DNA of 64,000 bases, from assembly GCA_963834775.1 (NCBI GenBank), contig CAWICR010000009.1, positions 116,255-180,254 on the forward strand, given 5' to 3'. This DNA is from an uncultured Acidimicrobiaceae bacterium (lineage in GTDB: Bacteria > Actinomycetota > Acidimicrobiia > Acidimicrobiales > Palsa-688). Numbering within the stretch: position 1 is the first letter of the stretch; each line of letters opens with the position of its first letter. Below are positions 42,283-53,320 of the stretch, piece after piece. The notes beneath the pieces are model-generated. The model was not told the DNA's origin and did not search any database. It saw nothing but the letters and a program-made list of their open reading frames with translations. The position numbers and the translations under genes were made by a program.

Positions 42283-45020
42283 ATGGCCGCTCAGCGCCAG
42301 TCCGAGTTCCGGGGCCGGACCAGCGAGTGCCAGATGCTGGATGGGCTACTAGAACAGGTGCGAGGGGGGCACAGCGCTGTCCTGGTTATTCGTGGCGAGG
42401 CTGGTGTCGGAAAGACCGCTCTTCTGCGTTACGCCGCCGCGCAGGCTTCGGGGTTCAGAATCGTCCAACTCGCAGGCGTGGACGCTGAGATGGAGTTGCC
42501 CTTCGCGGGGTTACATCAGTTGTGCGCGACGATGAGAGGCCAGCTACCAGTACTTCCCGGACCCCAGCGGGATGCGCTGCGGGTGGCACTCGGCCTCTCG
42601 TTCGGGGATGCACCCGACCCCTTCTTGGTGGGACTGGGGACTCTGAGCTTGCTATCGGCGCTCGCCGCAAAGCAGCCGCTCGTATGCTTCGTGGACGACG
42701 CCCAGTGGCTCGACGGGGCCACGAGTCAGGTGCTGGGATTTGTCGCACGACGCCTGCTGGCCGAGTCGGTCGGGATGGTCTTCGGGGTGCGCGAACCGAG
42801 CGGCCAGCGCGATCTGGTGGGCCTGCCCGAATTGCACCTCACAGGGCTGAACGAAGAAGATGCCCGCGCCCTGCTGGCGACCATCATCCCTGGCCCACGC
42901 GATCAGCTCGTGCGCGACCGGATCATCGGGGAAACGCGGGGTAACCCGCTGGCCCTGCTGGAGCTATCGAGGGGCATCACTGCAGAGCTGCTGGCCGGTG
43001 GCTTTGGGCCTCCGAAGGCGGCGGACCTGTCAGCTCAGATCGAGGACCACTATCTGGGACGCGTTGCGCGCTTTGCCCGAAACTACCCAGCACCTTATGC
43101 TCCTGGCCGCCGCCGATCCTGTTGGGGACGCCGCCCTCCTCTGGCGGGCCGCTCAGTCCCTCGGTATCGAACAGTGGGCGGCGCAGCCCGCTGAGGAAGA
43201 CCAGTTGCTGGAGATCGGCGCCGCAGTGCGATTTCGCCATCCACTGGTGAGGTCAGCCGTTTACCGTGCTGCGTCGACGCCAGATCGACGGGCCGCTCAC
43301 GGCGCCCTAGCCGGCGCCATCGATCCCGACGCCGATCCCGATCGGCGGGCATGGCATCGAGCGCACGCCGCCAATGGTCCGGACGAGGAGGTGGCCGGCG
43401 AGTTACTCCATCGGGCCAACGGGGCCGAGCGCCGCGGCGGTATCGCCGCGGCCGCCGCCTTCTTGGAGTGGGCGGCGATGCTCAGCCCTGACCCCGGCGC
43501 GCGGGCTTCGCGTGCGCTCGCCGCCGCCGGGGCGAAGTTCCAAGCTGGAGACTTCCCGGCTGCGCAATCGCTATTGGCGACCGCAGACGCCGGCCCGCTC
43601 GACGAACTCGGCCGCGCCCAGATAGAACGCATGCGCGCCCAGATTGTTTTTGACCTTCGCCGCGGCAGTGACGCTCCCGCCCTGCTTCTGCACGCCGCGC
43701 AACGGCTTGAGAATCTCGACGCAGAGCTAGCCCGAGAAACCTACCTCGAGGCGCTGGTTGCCGCGGTTTACGGAGCCCGCCTGACCAGCGACATCACGGC
43801 AGCTGACCTTGCTACGGCGGCCCGCTCGGCCCCCCTCGGCCCCGATCCACTGCCAGCCAGACAGGAGCTTCTGCTCGGCCTAGCCACCCGTATGACCGAG
43901 GGTTACGCCGCGGCGGCCCCGATGTTAGCCAACGCTCTGCGCTTGTATCGATCGGAAGGCCCCCAGCTCGATTGGTTGTGCGTCGCCTACAACCTGGCCG
44001 CGATGGACTTGTGGGACGACGACGCCTGGTTCGAGCTCGCCGCCAGTCAGGCCGATCTGGCCCGGTCGACGGGCAGGCTGGTGTTGCTTCCTTACGCTCT
44101 CGACTACCTGGCAGGATTTCACATCCTGGCGGGCGAGTTCTCACGAGCGTCTGGTCTGGTGAACGAAGCCGAAGCCCTCGATTTTGGAGTTCGAGCCGAG
44201 ACCCTGCCGTATGTTTCGCTCCGGCTGGCGGCCTGGCGGGGTCAAGCTGCCGTTACCTTGAACCTGGCCCAGGTGATGACGCGCGGCGCCGCAGCGCGGG
44301 GCGAGGGATGCGCAATTACGGTTACCGAGTACGCCGACCGCGGTCCTCTACAACGGCCTTGGCCAATACCGGTTGGCCCTCGAGGCTGCGGAAAAAGCGG
44401 CCGCCGCGGACGAGGTCGTGACCTCATCGTGGGCCCTGTATGAGTTGGTAGAAGCCGCGTCGAGGTGCGGCCAGCAGGCGGTCGCCCGTGACGCCGCGGA
44501 TCGCCTCGCCGAACGGGCCAGCCCGTCCGGAACCGAGTGGGCGAAGGGGACTGTCGCGCTTTCGAACGCGCTGGTGGAACCGGGCGAAGCGGCCGACGAC
44601 CTGCATCGACAAGCGATCGACTGGCTCGGCCAGTCTCGAATGTCGGCGCACCTGGCTCGGGCGCGCCTGACCTACGGCGAGTGGCTCCGCCGACAGAACC
44701 GGCGGGTCGATGCCCGCCAACAGCTACGCCTGGCGCATGACAAGTTTGCCAAGATGGGCGCAGACGGATTCGCCCAGCGGGCGCGGCGCGAACTGTTGGC
44801 CACCGGCGAGAAAGTGCGCAAGCGCCGAGACGACACCCGTGACGAGCTCACCCCTCAGGAGGAGCACATCGCACGACTCGCCCGGGACGGACGCACGAAC
44901 CAAGAGATTGGCGCCGAGCTGTTTATCAGCAACCGCACTGTCGAGTGGCACCTGCGGAAGGTCTTCACCAAACTCGGGATCAGCTCACGTCGGGGCCTCC
45001 GGACTGCTTTGCCAAACTGA
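42283..45020 (+). pseudogene. large ATP-binding LuxR-family (LAL) regulator, two frame breaks as sequenced
   Basis: P-loop GEAGVGKTALL (ORF 42283..43194), TPR-like middle (ORF 42860..44443 from ~43065), C-terminal LuxR HTH NQEIGAELFISNRTVEWHLRKVF (ORF 44373..45020 from ~44338). Confidence 0.8.
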
Positions 45021-45225
45021 AAGCGCGACATCCTGCTGTCGCCCCCGGAAACGACCGGGCGCCCGCCGTCCGCCAGTCCGCGCCCGGTTCGATCGAACGT
45101 CCGAAGGATTCGTTCGCTTGGGCCATGAATCGACCAGGGACTCTCACGGGCGCGACGCGGGATGGGAAGCGCGACCGTGAGATCGGTGTCCAAGCTGAGC
45201 GCCGCCTGCCGGCCAAAAGATACGA

Positions 45226-45891
45226 ATGAGGAGCAATGACATGCGAGCCGACATAGCGCCGGGCCGCGTCTTCCCCGACTACGAGCTAACCGACCACACC
45301 AAGACCCGGCGGCGATTGAGCGACCTCCAGGGGGCCGACCCCATGATCCTCGTAATCGCCCGCGGCCATTTCTGCCCGAAGGACCACCAGCAACATCTCG
45401 AGCTGGTGGCCTTCTACCCCAAGATCTCTGTCGCCTACACCCGACTCGTCACCATCTCGACCGACAACATCATCGAGACCCGGGAGTTCCGCGCCTCAGT
45501 CGGCGCCCAGTGGACGTTCCTTTCCGACGCCGGCCGAAAGGTGCAAAAGGACCTTGATATCCAGGAGTACACCGACCCATATCACGACCCGATGATCCCC
45601 CACACCGTAATCCTCAAACCCGGACTCGTCGTCCACAGCCTCTACAACGGGTACTGGTTCTGGGGCAGGCCATCCATCGACGACCTCCGCCGCGACCTCC
45701 GCCAGGCAACACGTGACATTCGGCCCGACTGGGATCTGAGCACTCCCGGCCTTCGGGCGGCATGGGACGCCGGTGATCGCTCGAGCTTTTATCCAGATCC
45801 GGACGTCCAACCCGTCTCGGCTCAGCAGAGCGCGTCCGCCGACCTGCCCCCACGAAAGTCCCGACCGACAGCCCCACGAGCAACTCCGTAA
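45226..45891 (+). CDS. redoxin / AhpC-TSA-like thioredoxin-fold protein
   Basis: FPDYELTDHTKTRRRLSDL and GHFCPKDHQQ resemble peroxiredoxin-like proteins; Pro-rich tail. Confidence 0.65.
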   Translation: MRSNDMRADIAPGRVFPDYELTDHTKTRRRLSDLQGADPMILVIARGHFCPKDHQQHLELVAFYPKISVAYTRLVTISTDNIIETREFRASVGAQWTFLSDAGRKVQKDLDIQEYTDPYHDPMIPHTVILKPGLVVHSLYNGYWFWGRPSIDDLRRDLRQATRDIRPDWDLSTPGLRAAWDAGDRSSFYPDPDVQPVSAQQSASADLPPRKSRPTAPRATP

Positions 45892-46181
45892 CCATGGCCA
45901 CAAGCCGGTGCATCGCGCCCGGGCCCGGGCGAGTCCTGCCGTCGCGCAGCCGACGGTCTGAAATCATCAAGGTCCCCGCGGACGACCGGTCTCCCTCAGA
46001 GGGAGTGCTGCAGGTGCCACTCTGCGGGACTCGGAAAAATTGAAAAAACCATCACCCGACGGATGTGCCACGATGTCGCAGGCCGTTATGCGCCGGTGTC
46101 GCGAGAGGAGCAAGCATGCGTTTCCTTGGTGCGTCCCAGACGAGCATCGAGACACCCCATCTCGGCAATCCAGAATCACAG

Positions 46182-46625
46182 ATGCCGGGAAAGTTCGTCT
46201 ATGAATACTCTCCGCAGGTCACGCGGATCGTCGACTATGGGGCATCGGCAGACGCCTTGTTCTCAGGCCAGGTGTCGCCACCACCCGAGGGGGCACGCAT
46301 CGATTTCTATCTAGAAGGGCCCCTTATCGGGCCAAAGCTGAAGGGAACGATCAGCGGCGTGGACTATCTCTACTTCCGTGCCGATGGACGGGCCCAACTC
46401 CACATCCACGCCGCGATCACGACAGAGGAAGGAAAAAAGATCGCACTCGCGGCGGATGGCATCGCGGTTCGCGAAGAAGGATCTTCGGTGTGTCAGCTCC
46501 GCGAGAACGTGACACTGCTGACCAACCACATCGAACTAGCATGGGTGAACCTACTGCAGGTTTGGGCAACGGGAACGGTTGATGTGGCGAACGGTCAGGT
46601 TCGGGTTAAGGGATACGCGGTTTGA
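46182..46625 (+). CDS. DUF3237 family protein
   Basis: ATG 46182 in ORF 46065..46625; GVDYLYFRADGRAQLHIHAAITTEEG pattern; lower GC than the window. Confidence 0.6.
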   Translation: MPGKFVYEYSPQVTRIVDYGASADALFSGQVSPPPEGARIDFYLEGPLIGPKLKGTISGVDYLYFRADGRAQLHIHAAITTEEGKKIALAADGIAVREEGSSVCQLRENVTLLTNHIELAWVNLLQVWATGTVDVANGQVRVKGYAV

Positions 46626-46699
46626 TGGCGTTTGTCACGTTGTCGCTGTCACGAGCAACGGCAGTACAGACGTCGCTCGCGGATCACTGAACCCCCACG

Positions 46700-46959
46700 G
46701 TCGTTGATGGAACGGCAAAGCGCGCTCCTGGTCATCCGCCAGGTCAAGGCTGGAGTCGAATCGACGGCCCTCCGGCGTAACGCCGCGGGCCGCGTTTCCG
46801 GGTTCCGAGTCGCCCAAATCGCCGGGTTCGCGGCCAAAATGGAGCTGCCGTCTCGCTGGCCTGGATCAGCTGTGACCACCGATCCTCGACCGGCTTCCTG
46901 CGATAGAGAACGACGCGTCGCAACGAACGCGAATCGGAGCGGCGGGAGTTCCTGGTTGA
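46700..46959 (+). pseudogene. decayed fragment paralogous to the N-terminus of the LuxR/LAL regulator
   Basis: SALLVIRQVKAGVESTALRRNAAGRVSGFRVAQIAGFAAKMELP aligns with SAVLVIRGEAGVGKTALLRYAAAQASGFRIVQLAGVDAEMELP of 42283; P-loop destroyed; frame shift and internal stop follow. Confidence 0.45.
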
Positions 46960-47215
46960 CTGCGACAAGTACGAGGCCGAGCGAGCCGGCGGGGTGAAAA
47001 AGGGCAAGCTCACCCTGGCCGAGCTGGACGAGGAGGAAGAAAACCTGGAGCGGTTGGGGCGCTGGCATAGGGCTATCCGAGCCCCGGGATCTCTTCGGTG
47101 CTCCCAGTGCGGCCGCCGCGCACAGCCAGCGGCCCGATGCCGGTTCGAGGTAAAGGCCACATCGGGTCTTCCCGGCCTGAATACAGCGAGCGCGCGCGTT
47201 CCGACGTTGAGGATC

Positions 47216-47413
47216 TCATTCTGTGCGCCGGGGTCTTGGCGAACCGACGGCGAGGACGCCGACTAGTACTGCCACGATGAGCAGGCTGCCACCGAAGCAG
47301 TAAACGGTGGCGATACCGAGTTGGTCGGCGAGGACCCCGCCCATGGCGATGGTGGCGAAGCGGAAGTTAGCGAGACCTTGGCGAGCGCGCGGCCGCTCAT
47401 CCCGCCGTCGCAC
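47216..47413 (-). pseudogene. possible C-terminal remnant of an MFS transporter
   Basis: FRFATIAMGGVLADQLGIATVYCFGGSLLIVAVLVGVLAV looks like the final MFS helices; no upstream body. Confidence 0.3.
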
Positions 47414-47967
47414 GCTCTGCCTGCTTAACCAGCGGCAGCGCCGCCGTCAACCCCGTCGGGCTTACACCCAGACGGTGAGCGATGGCGGCAAAGGCGGCGC
47501 TGGCCGGGTCCACGCCCTGGGTACGGCTCAGGGTGCCGAGCTGCTCCAGGGCGCTGTGGGCGGCAGCAGTTGATACGCCCAGTTGGGCTGCCAGGGCAGC
47601 CACGGCTGACGGGCCGGTAAGGCTCTGGTCGACGTGCGCGCCGAACACCGACGAGACGATCCGCCGCGCCGTGGCGGCCGAGACGCCCGCGGCCCACCGC
47701 GAACCCGGCGACAGCCGATGTGCTATTTCCGCCGGCCTGCTTGGCGGCCATCAGCCCGGCATCGAGCTGGCTCTCGGTGATGCCGGCGGAAGAAGCCAGG
47801 GCGGACAGATCTGACAAACCCGGAGTCTTGGACGCTGAGGTCGTCGCCGCCGGTGCGGTCGTCGATTTGGACCCCTGCCCGGCTGAACCGATGGCCAGCG
47901 CGGAGCCCGGAACGCCAAGAGCCGCAGCCGCTACCACCGCGGCCGCCACGACACGATTACGGGACAC
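47397..47967 (-). pseudogene. secreted Ala-rich repeat protein, one frame break as sequenced
   Basis: AAGGAGGG then GTG 47967, signal peptide VVAAAVVAAAALGVPGSALA. ORF 47425..48054 joins ORF 47397..47648 near 47685 (…FAVGRG/VSAATARRIVSSVFGAHV…). Confidence 0.5.
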
Positions 47968-48146
47968 GGACGCCCTCCTTTTCAGTCGACTCCCCGATGG
48001 AGCCGGGTGGGTGGTTGGTTTATAGAGGGCACGGTACGGAAGGCGCGATAACACTGGGATAACACCCGTCGTCCGGGGCGGGGGGCTCAGAGAATCGCTG
48101 CTCAGGCCACGGGGTGTTATGGCAGTGTTATCCGGGGTGCGCCACC

Positions 48147-48809
48147 ATGGAGGCGATGCGGGTCCTGGTCGTGGAGGACAACTCGATCGTCGCCGACGCG
48201 GTGGCCGAAGGGCTGCGCGACCAAGGGATGGCTGTCGACCTGGCTTACGACGGCCCCAGCGGTCTGCAGAAGGCGGTGGTGAACACCTATGACGTGGTCA
48301 TTCTTGACCGCGACCTGCCCGGCCTGCACGGGGACGAGCTCTGCCAGCAGATCGTCGACTCGTCATGCACCACCCGGATCCTGATGCTTACCGCCGCCGG
48401 ACAGGTCGAGGACCGGGTGGAGGGTCTGAACCTGGGGGCCGACGACTATCTTGCGAAACCGTTTGACTTTGTTGAGCTGGTCGCCCGGGCGCGCGCTCTG
48501 GCCCGCCGCAGCCCGTCCACACCGCCGGTGCTGACCCGAGGTGATCTGATCGTCGATCGGGTCCGCCGCTCTGTCACCCGGGCCGGCCACCCCGTGCCCC
48601 TGGCCCGCAAGGAGCTCGGGGTGCTCGAAGTGCTGGTGTCGGCCGACGGCGCAGCGGTCAGCGCCGAGCAGCTTCTCGAACAGGTCTGGGACGAACACGC
48701 CGACCCCTTCACCAACACCGTCGCGGTCACCGTGCTCCGCCTACGGAGAAAGCTCGGAGATCCCCCCGTGGTCGAGACGGTGTTCGGCGGTGGATACCGC
48801 ATCCCCTAG
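48147..48809 (+). CDS. OmpR-family response regulator
   Basis: RVLVVEDN, ILDRDLPGLHG, AKPF, winged helix AVTVLRLRRKLG…GGGYRI. Confidence 0.85.
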   Translation: MEAMRVLVVEDNSIVADAVAEGLRDQGMAVDLAYDGPSGLQKAVVNTYDVVILDRDLPGLHGDELCQQIVDSSCTTRILMLTAAGQVEDRVEGLNLGADDYLAKPFDFVELVARARALARRSPSTPPVLTRGDLIVDRVRRSVTRAGHPVPLARKELGVLEVLVSADGAAVSAEQLLEQVWDEHADPFTNTVAVTVLRLRRKLGDPPVVETVFGGGYRIP

Positions 48810-48811
48810 AC

Positions 48812-50032
48812 ATGTCACCCAGCGCACTCCGACGCAAAATCCTCGCCCGCCGCAGCGTGCGGGCCCGCATCGCGCTGGCCTGCGCCGGGCTGTTCCTGGT
48901 CACCGGCGGGGCGTTTGTGGCCGCCACCTACACGCTCGTCGACCACAGCCTCAGCTCAGCCGCGCCCACCACCCAAACCAAAATCCCGCCGCCTGGCCTC
49001 CCGGACTGCAAGACCGCGCAGCACAACGGCACCCTCACCGGCGCCCTGGCGGCCCAATGCCAAAAGCTCTTCGCCGCAGCGGCCCAACTGGGGGCGGCCA
49101 ACCAGCGAACATACGACCTTCGCCAACTGCTCCTGTGGTCCCTGGTCGGTCTCGGTGTCGCCACCCTGGTGACCGGCATGTTGGGATGGGCGATCGGAAG
49201 GCGGATCCTGCTCCCGCTCCACAAAGTCACCGGGGCGGCCCGGCGCGCCTCGCAAGAACAACTCGATGAACGCATCCGCCTCGAAGGACCCCACGACGAG
49301 CTCAAGGAACTCGCTGACACCTTCGACGACATGCTCGACCGCCTTGATCTGGCCTTCGCCAGCCAGCGCCGATTCGTGGCCAACGCCTCACACGAACTAC
49401 GAACCCCGCTCACCTCCATGCGCACCCTGATCGACGTGGCCATGGCCAAACCCACCCGCACCACCGAACAGCTCGAGACGCTCGTCGGCCGGGTCCGCCA
49501 AGCGCTGGACCAATCAGAAGCGATCATCGACGGTCTCCTGACCTTGGCCCGATCCGACCGCGGCCTGACCACCCGCGAACCGCTGGACCTCGAAGCAGCC
49601 GCCCAAGACGCCATCGACCAGACCACCACCGCCGCCACAGCCGCCAACATCACCATCCAAGCCGACCTCTCAGCTGCTCCCACCCTCGGCGACCGGGTGC
49701 TGATGGAGCGCCTGGCCGCCAACCTGGTCGACAACGCCGTCCGCTACAACATCAGCGGCGGGACGATACAAGTCGACACCCGCATCGACCACGGCGAACC
49801 CTACCTTTCGGTCAGCAACACTGGACCGCTGATTCCCGCGACGAAGGTGGCATCCCTGTTCGAACCCTTCACCCGCCTCGATCAACGAGTAACCAACGGC
49901 CACGGCGTCGGGCTCGGACTATCCATCGTCGCCTCGGTCGTAACTGCCCACAGCGGCCACCTCGAAGCACACGCTCTCCCCACCGGCGGACTGAAGATAA
50001 CCGTCCGATTCCCAACCGTCGCCGCGCCGTAG
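48812..50032 (+). CDS. sensor histidine kinase
   Basis: Two TM segments, HAMP, H-box FVANASHELRTPLT, N/G boxes (DNAVRYN, GHGVGLGLSIV). Confidence 0.85.
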   Translation: MSPSALRRKILARRSVRARIALACAGLFLVTGGAFVAATYTLVDHSLSSAAPTTQTKIPPPGLPDCKTAQHNGTLTGALAAQCQKLFAAAAQLGAANQRTYDLRQLLLWSLVGLGVATLVTGMLGWAIGRRILLPLHKVTGAARRASQEQLDERIRLEGPHDELKELADTFDDMLDRLDLAFASQRRFVANASHELRTPLTSMRTLIDVAMAKPTRTTEQLETLVGRVRQALDQSEAIIDGLLTLARSDRGLTTREPLDLEAAAQDAIDQTTTAATAANITIQADLSAAPTLGDRVLMERLAANLVDNAVRYNISGGTIQVDTRIDHGEPYLSVSNTGPLIPATKVASLFEPFTRLDQRVTNGHGVGLGLSIVASVVTAHSGHLEAHALPTGGLKITVRFPTVAAP

Positions 50033-50534
50033 CCCCCGATCCGTCCACGCACCAGTACTGACCAGGTGCACTCCAACCCGCGCTGAGCTCGTCATCGCTT
50101 CACGAGAACCGGCCGAACTGAGACCAGCCACGACTCCTCATTCTCCACAGGCGATCTCGCCCAAACCGTTGACTAAAAGGCGGTCCCCAAGGGACAACAG
50201 GAGCCCGTGGTCGATCGGCCCGAGGAGTGGTCTTGTCAGGCCGGTCAGCCCGCACAGAAGAACAGCCCCACATCTGCTGCGAAGGCCTCCGAGTCGACCT
50301 GGACCTTTTGACCAGCCTCCGTCGGGCGTTGCAGTCGCGCCATAGTCTGCAGCCAAGCCGGCGTTCGAGCGACCCTGCGCCGGGCCGGGGCCTAGGCACG
50401 TTCGGGGGCACTCCTTGGCAGGCGGATATGGCCTGCACCGACTGGTTCACGCTGGGGAGCGCGGGGTCTCCGGCTTGGGGCGGCCACCCGATGGAGAAGA
50501 CGAGACCGCCAGGAGGGTGGCAGAATTCGGTCGT

Positions 50535-50985
50535 ATGCCGACGGTTGACGGTGGTCTGTTAGATGGCGCCAAGGTCGTCACGGGCGCCTCCTCGGGGATC
50601 GGCCGGGAGCTCGCGGCTCAGCTGGGGCGGCGGGTCGCGGTGTTGGTGCTGCTGGCCCGACGAGCCGATCGCATGCACCAGCTTCGCGACGAGCTGGTGG
50701 CCGTCAACGCGGATGCGGGTGGAGGTCATGCCGGTCGATCTCTCCAACGAGCAGGCAGTGGAGCGAGTCGTCGCCGAGATCCAGGCGCAGGTCGGGCCGG
50801 TCGACGTGCTGGTCAACAACGCTGGGCTGAGCGATCAGGTGCTGTTCGACCGGGCGGCCTGGTCGCGTACCCGCCAGGTGCTCTACACCAACGTGATCGG
50901 GCTGGCACACTTGACCGCCGCCTTTGTGCCCGCCATGGTGGAGCGCGGCCGGGGCGGCGAGCGGCGTCGGCCCTGCCGCGCCCCG
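50535..50985 (+). pseudogene. truncated and frameshifted SDR gene
   Basis: VVTGASSGIGRELA (ORF 50415..51023) continues after ~50713 in ORF 50563..51423 (VDVLVNNAGL, YTNVIGLAHL). It ends at ERGRGG, before the catalytic Ser/Tyr/Lys region. Confidence 0.5.
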
Positions 50986-51012
50986 TTTCGCCGGGCCAGG
51001 AGGGAGTCAGGA

Positions 51013-51423
51013 ATGAGAATTAGCCGTCTAATTCTTAGTGGGGCGGCCGTCGGGACCATCGTCGGCACCGGTCGCGCCGACATCAACCGAACCCACATGT
51101 TCAACCCGGCCTGGCCCGCCCACGCACGCTTTCACAGCGCCGCCGGTTGGGGGACCATCGCCGGGTTGCAGCTGTGGACCCTGTGGTTGCTGTGGCGACC
51201 CAGCCAACCATCCCAGATCGACGCAGCAGTCACGACGGCCACCGTGCTGCCCGTGGCCGCGTGGATTCCCTTCTTCTTCGCCCTGGCTCTTCCCGGCACC
51301 GGGGTGGAGGACGAGCGTGGGCACCTTCCCCGGATCGCGGGCGTGCCCCTCAACCTCGTGCCGGCGGCGCTCGTCCCCGCCCTGTCCGCGCTGGGTTATA
51401 CCCTTCACCGACACGGGCGATAA
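51013..51423 (+). CDS. hypothetical membrane protein
   Basis: AGGGAG then ATG 51013 in an AT-rich patch; four hydrophobic segments (e.g. WGTIAGLQLWTLWLLW, VLPVAAWIPFFFALAL). Confidence 0.45.
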   Translation: MRISRLILSGAAVGTIVGTGRADINRTHMFNPAWPAHARFHSAAGWGTIAGLQLWTLWLLWRPSQPSQIDAAVTTATVLPVAAWIPFFFALALPGTGVEDERGHLPRIAGVPLNLVPAALVPALSALGYTLHRHGR

Positions 51424-51558
51424 CCCCAACCAGTACACGCCGGCCTGGCAAGAAGAAGTACTCGGGCACGCCTCCAACCAGCCTCGTTTGGAGTCATACG
51501 AGCGTTGGAGCTCTGGGACACGCTCTTGCGTGTTCGGCGATCGGCGTCACCCAGGCCT

Positions 51559-51837
51559 TTACCCCTGGGGACGCTCGAAGCGCTCGGTCCAGGGCATCTT
51601 CCCGACCACGTTGGCGGCGATCAGGATCGGACCGTCGGGATCCCACATCAGGATGGTGGGCGCCTGTGTCAAAGCCACCAGAGCGCTGACTGCGGCCGGA
51701 CTCGGCGTGACGACATGCCGCTCGTCGTCTTCGGTGATGAACATAACCTCGAATCGTCCGTCATGTCCCTCCGCTCCTGGAGCCCAGTTGGCATTGACGA
51801 TCTTGACTTGTCGTGTCCGTTCGCTCGCTCCTGGCAT
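51559..51837 (-). CDS. hypothetical protein
   Basis: 92 aa from ATG 51837; reasonable GC3, no recognisable motif. Confidence 0.35.
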   Translation of the reverse strand: MPGASERTRQVKIVNANWAPGAEGHDGRFEVMFITEDDERHVVTPSPAAVSALVALTQAPTILMWDPDGPILIAANVVGKMPWTERFERPQG

Positions 51838-52046
51838 GGTTCCAGTACTACATGATGCTTCGAGCGGACCCACTGCCAGTCTGCCAAGGGAGGCGCGTGG
51901 GACAGGCCGCCCGCCCACGAGTACCGGACGTCCGCTACCTGAGTTGAAGCCACAGTCTCGCTCGCACTCTGGGATCGAGACCGACTGAGGGGCTCGTGCG
52001 CGCTTGCCTCCGATGCTCCCCTGATTCCGCCGTCACGGGTGACCAG

Positions 52047-52598
52047 CTAGTCGCCTCCGACCAGTCTTCCGTTCTTCGCCAAATCTGGATCGGTGCATGC
52101 CGCCAGGTTGAAGCAGCACGGTCGCCGCTTGCCACTGCTCATCTTCGAAATCGTGACCTCCACGCGTCGCTTGCGGGTGTCAGGGTTCTTCGTCTCGTTG
52201 ACCCAGCGAACCCACTCCCAACGTGCCATCGGGGTGATCTGTCTCCAGAGTTCCTCGACATTCGATGGCGCCACGGCGAGCGCCGCCTGCAAGTCGGCGG
52301 GGACTGGTGGTTCCGGCCACTCCCTCCGAGGCGCGATTTCGACGGTCGCCTTGTCCCCGGTCTTGAGCGCCGCTGCCTTCTGCAGCTTCGCTTCGACCTT
52401 AATCCAGTGCCCGAACGTTCCATCCGGCTCGACGACGGTCTGGAAGGCGTGACCGTTGATTGTGCCGGTCACCGCCACCTGTCCGCGTGACGGCAGATGC
52501 TTGCTGGCCTGCTCGGGCAGACGCACGATCGTCCACCTGTCGATCGCCGACACCGCTGCGTCGAAACGGATCGGCTCGCCTACAGCGCGTTCTGCCAT
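52047..52598 (-). CDS. DUF1905 plus YdeI/OmpD-associated domain protein
   Basis: ATG 52598; WTIVRLPEQASKHLPSRGQVAVTGTINGHAF (DUF1905) and ARWEWVRWVNETKNPDTRKRRV (YdeI). Confidence 0.7.
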   Translation of the reverse strand: MAERAVGEPIRFDAAVSAIDRWTIVRLPEQASKHLPSRGQVAVTGTINGHAFQTVVEPDGTFGHWIKVEAKLQKAAALKTGDKATVEIAPRREWPEPPVPADLQAALAVAPSNVEELWRQITPMARWEWVRWVNETKNPDTRKRRVEVTISKMSSGKRRPCCFNLAACTDPDLAKNGRLVGGD

Positions 52599-52860
52599 CG
52601 CTAGAGATCGTACCCAGCGCTGCCGCGATCTCAACGCGACGGAGGAGCGCCTGCGGCCAGCACCTTACACAGCTGCGCCAGACGGCGGACGGGAATGTTC
52701 GTCGCGAACCGGAGCGAATACTACGAGGAGCGCTGCCGGTGTGAATCCCCCACGCCGGGAACGACGGCTGGCCGACGCTCACCCTAGGCTGCGTGTTCGT
52801 GGCGACCGGGCCTGGTTCGAGAACGACGGACCGGATCTGGCCGCCTTCGCCCGGGCACGG

Positions 52861-53256
52861 ATGGAGGGTCGGATCGTGTACCAGGGAACGCTCCGGCTGG
52901 ACGGCGGACCGCGTGTGCACCCGGTCTCTCCCTGGATCGCGGCGGGGCTGCTCTGCGTCCCGTTCCGCGACACCAGCCCCGAGCGGCGCGAGGTCGAGCG
53001 CGACGACCGTTACGCGTTGCACACGGCGCAGCCCCGGGACGACCACGCTGGCCAGTTTGGCGAGTTCACGGCGTCGGGACGACTCGAACCCATCACTGCG
53101 TCGCACCCCGCAGTGATGGGCCGCCCGAGCCATCCCCCCTACGGGCTCGTGCACCATGTGTGCTCGATCGAGGCGGCGGTGGTGACTGAATACCTGGAAA
53201 ATGAGATGCCCATCTATCGACGATGGAAGTCCTCCGCAGGCAATGCCGCGGAGTGA
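52861..53256 (+). CDS. PPOX-like split-barrel family protein (possibly N-terminally truncated)
   Basis: GTLRLDGGPRVHPVSPWIAAG and DDRYALH fit the PPOX fold; homology seems to extend upstream of ATG 52861 with no good start. Confidence 0.4.
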   Translation: MEGRIVYQGTLRLDGGPRVHPVSPWIAAGLLCVPFRDTSPERREVERDDRYALHTAQPRDDHAGQFGEFTASGRLEPITASHPAVMGRPSHPPYGLVHHVCSIEAAVVTEYLENEMPIYRRWKSSAGNAAE

Positions 53257-53320
53257 ACCGTCCTGACGCCGACGACGCTGCCCTCTGCCGGCTCGAGGTT
53301 GTACGGATGATGTTCACGTA

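Noticed and set aside
50033-50534. Gene-free 500 bp after the histidine kinase. The minus strand gives MARLQRPTEAGQKVQVDSEAFAADVG… and …LLCGLTGLTRPLLGPIDHGLLLSLGDRLLVNGLGEIA in two frames.
   Set aside because: There is no recognisable family and the pieces need a frameshift to join. It could be a dead small gene but cannot be supported.
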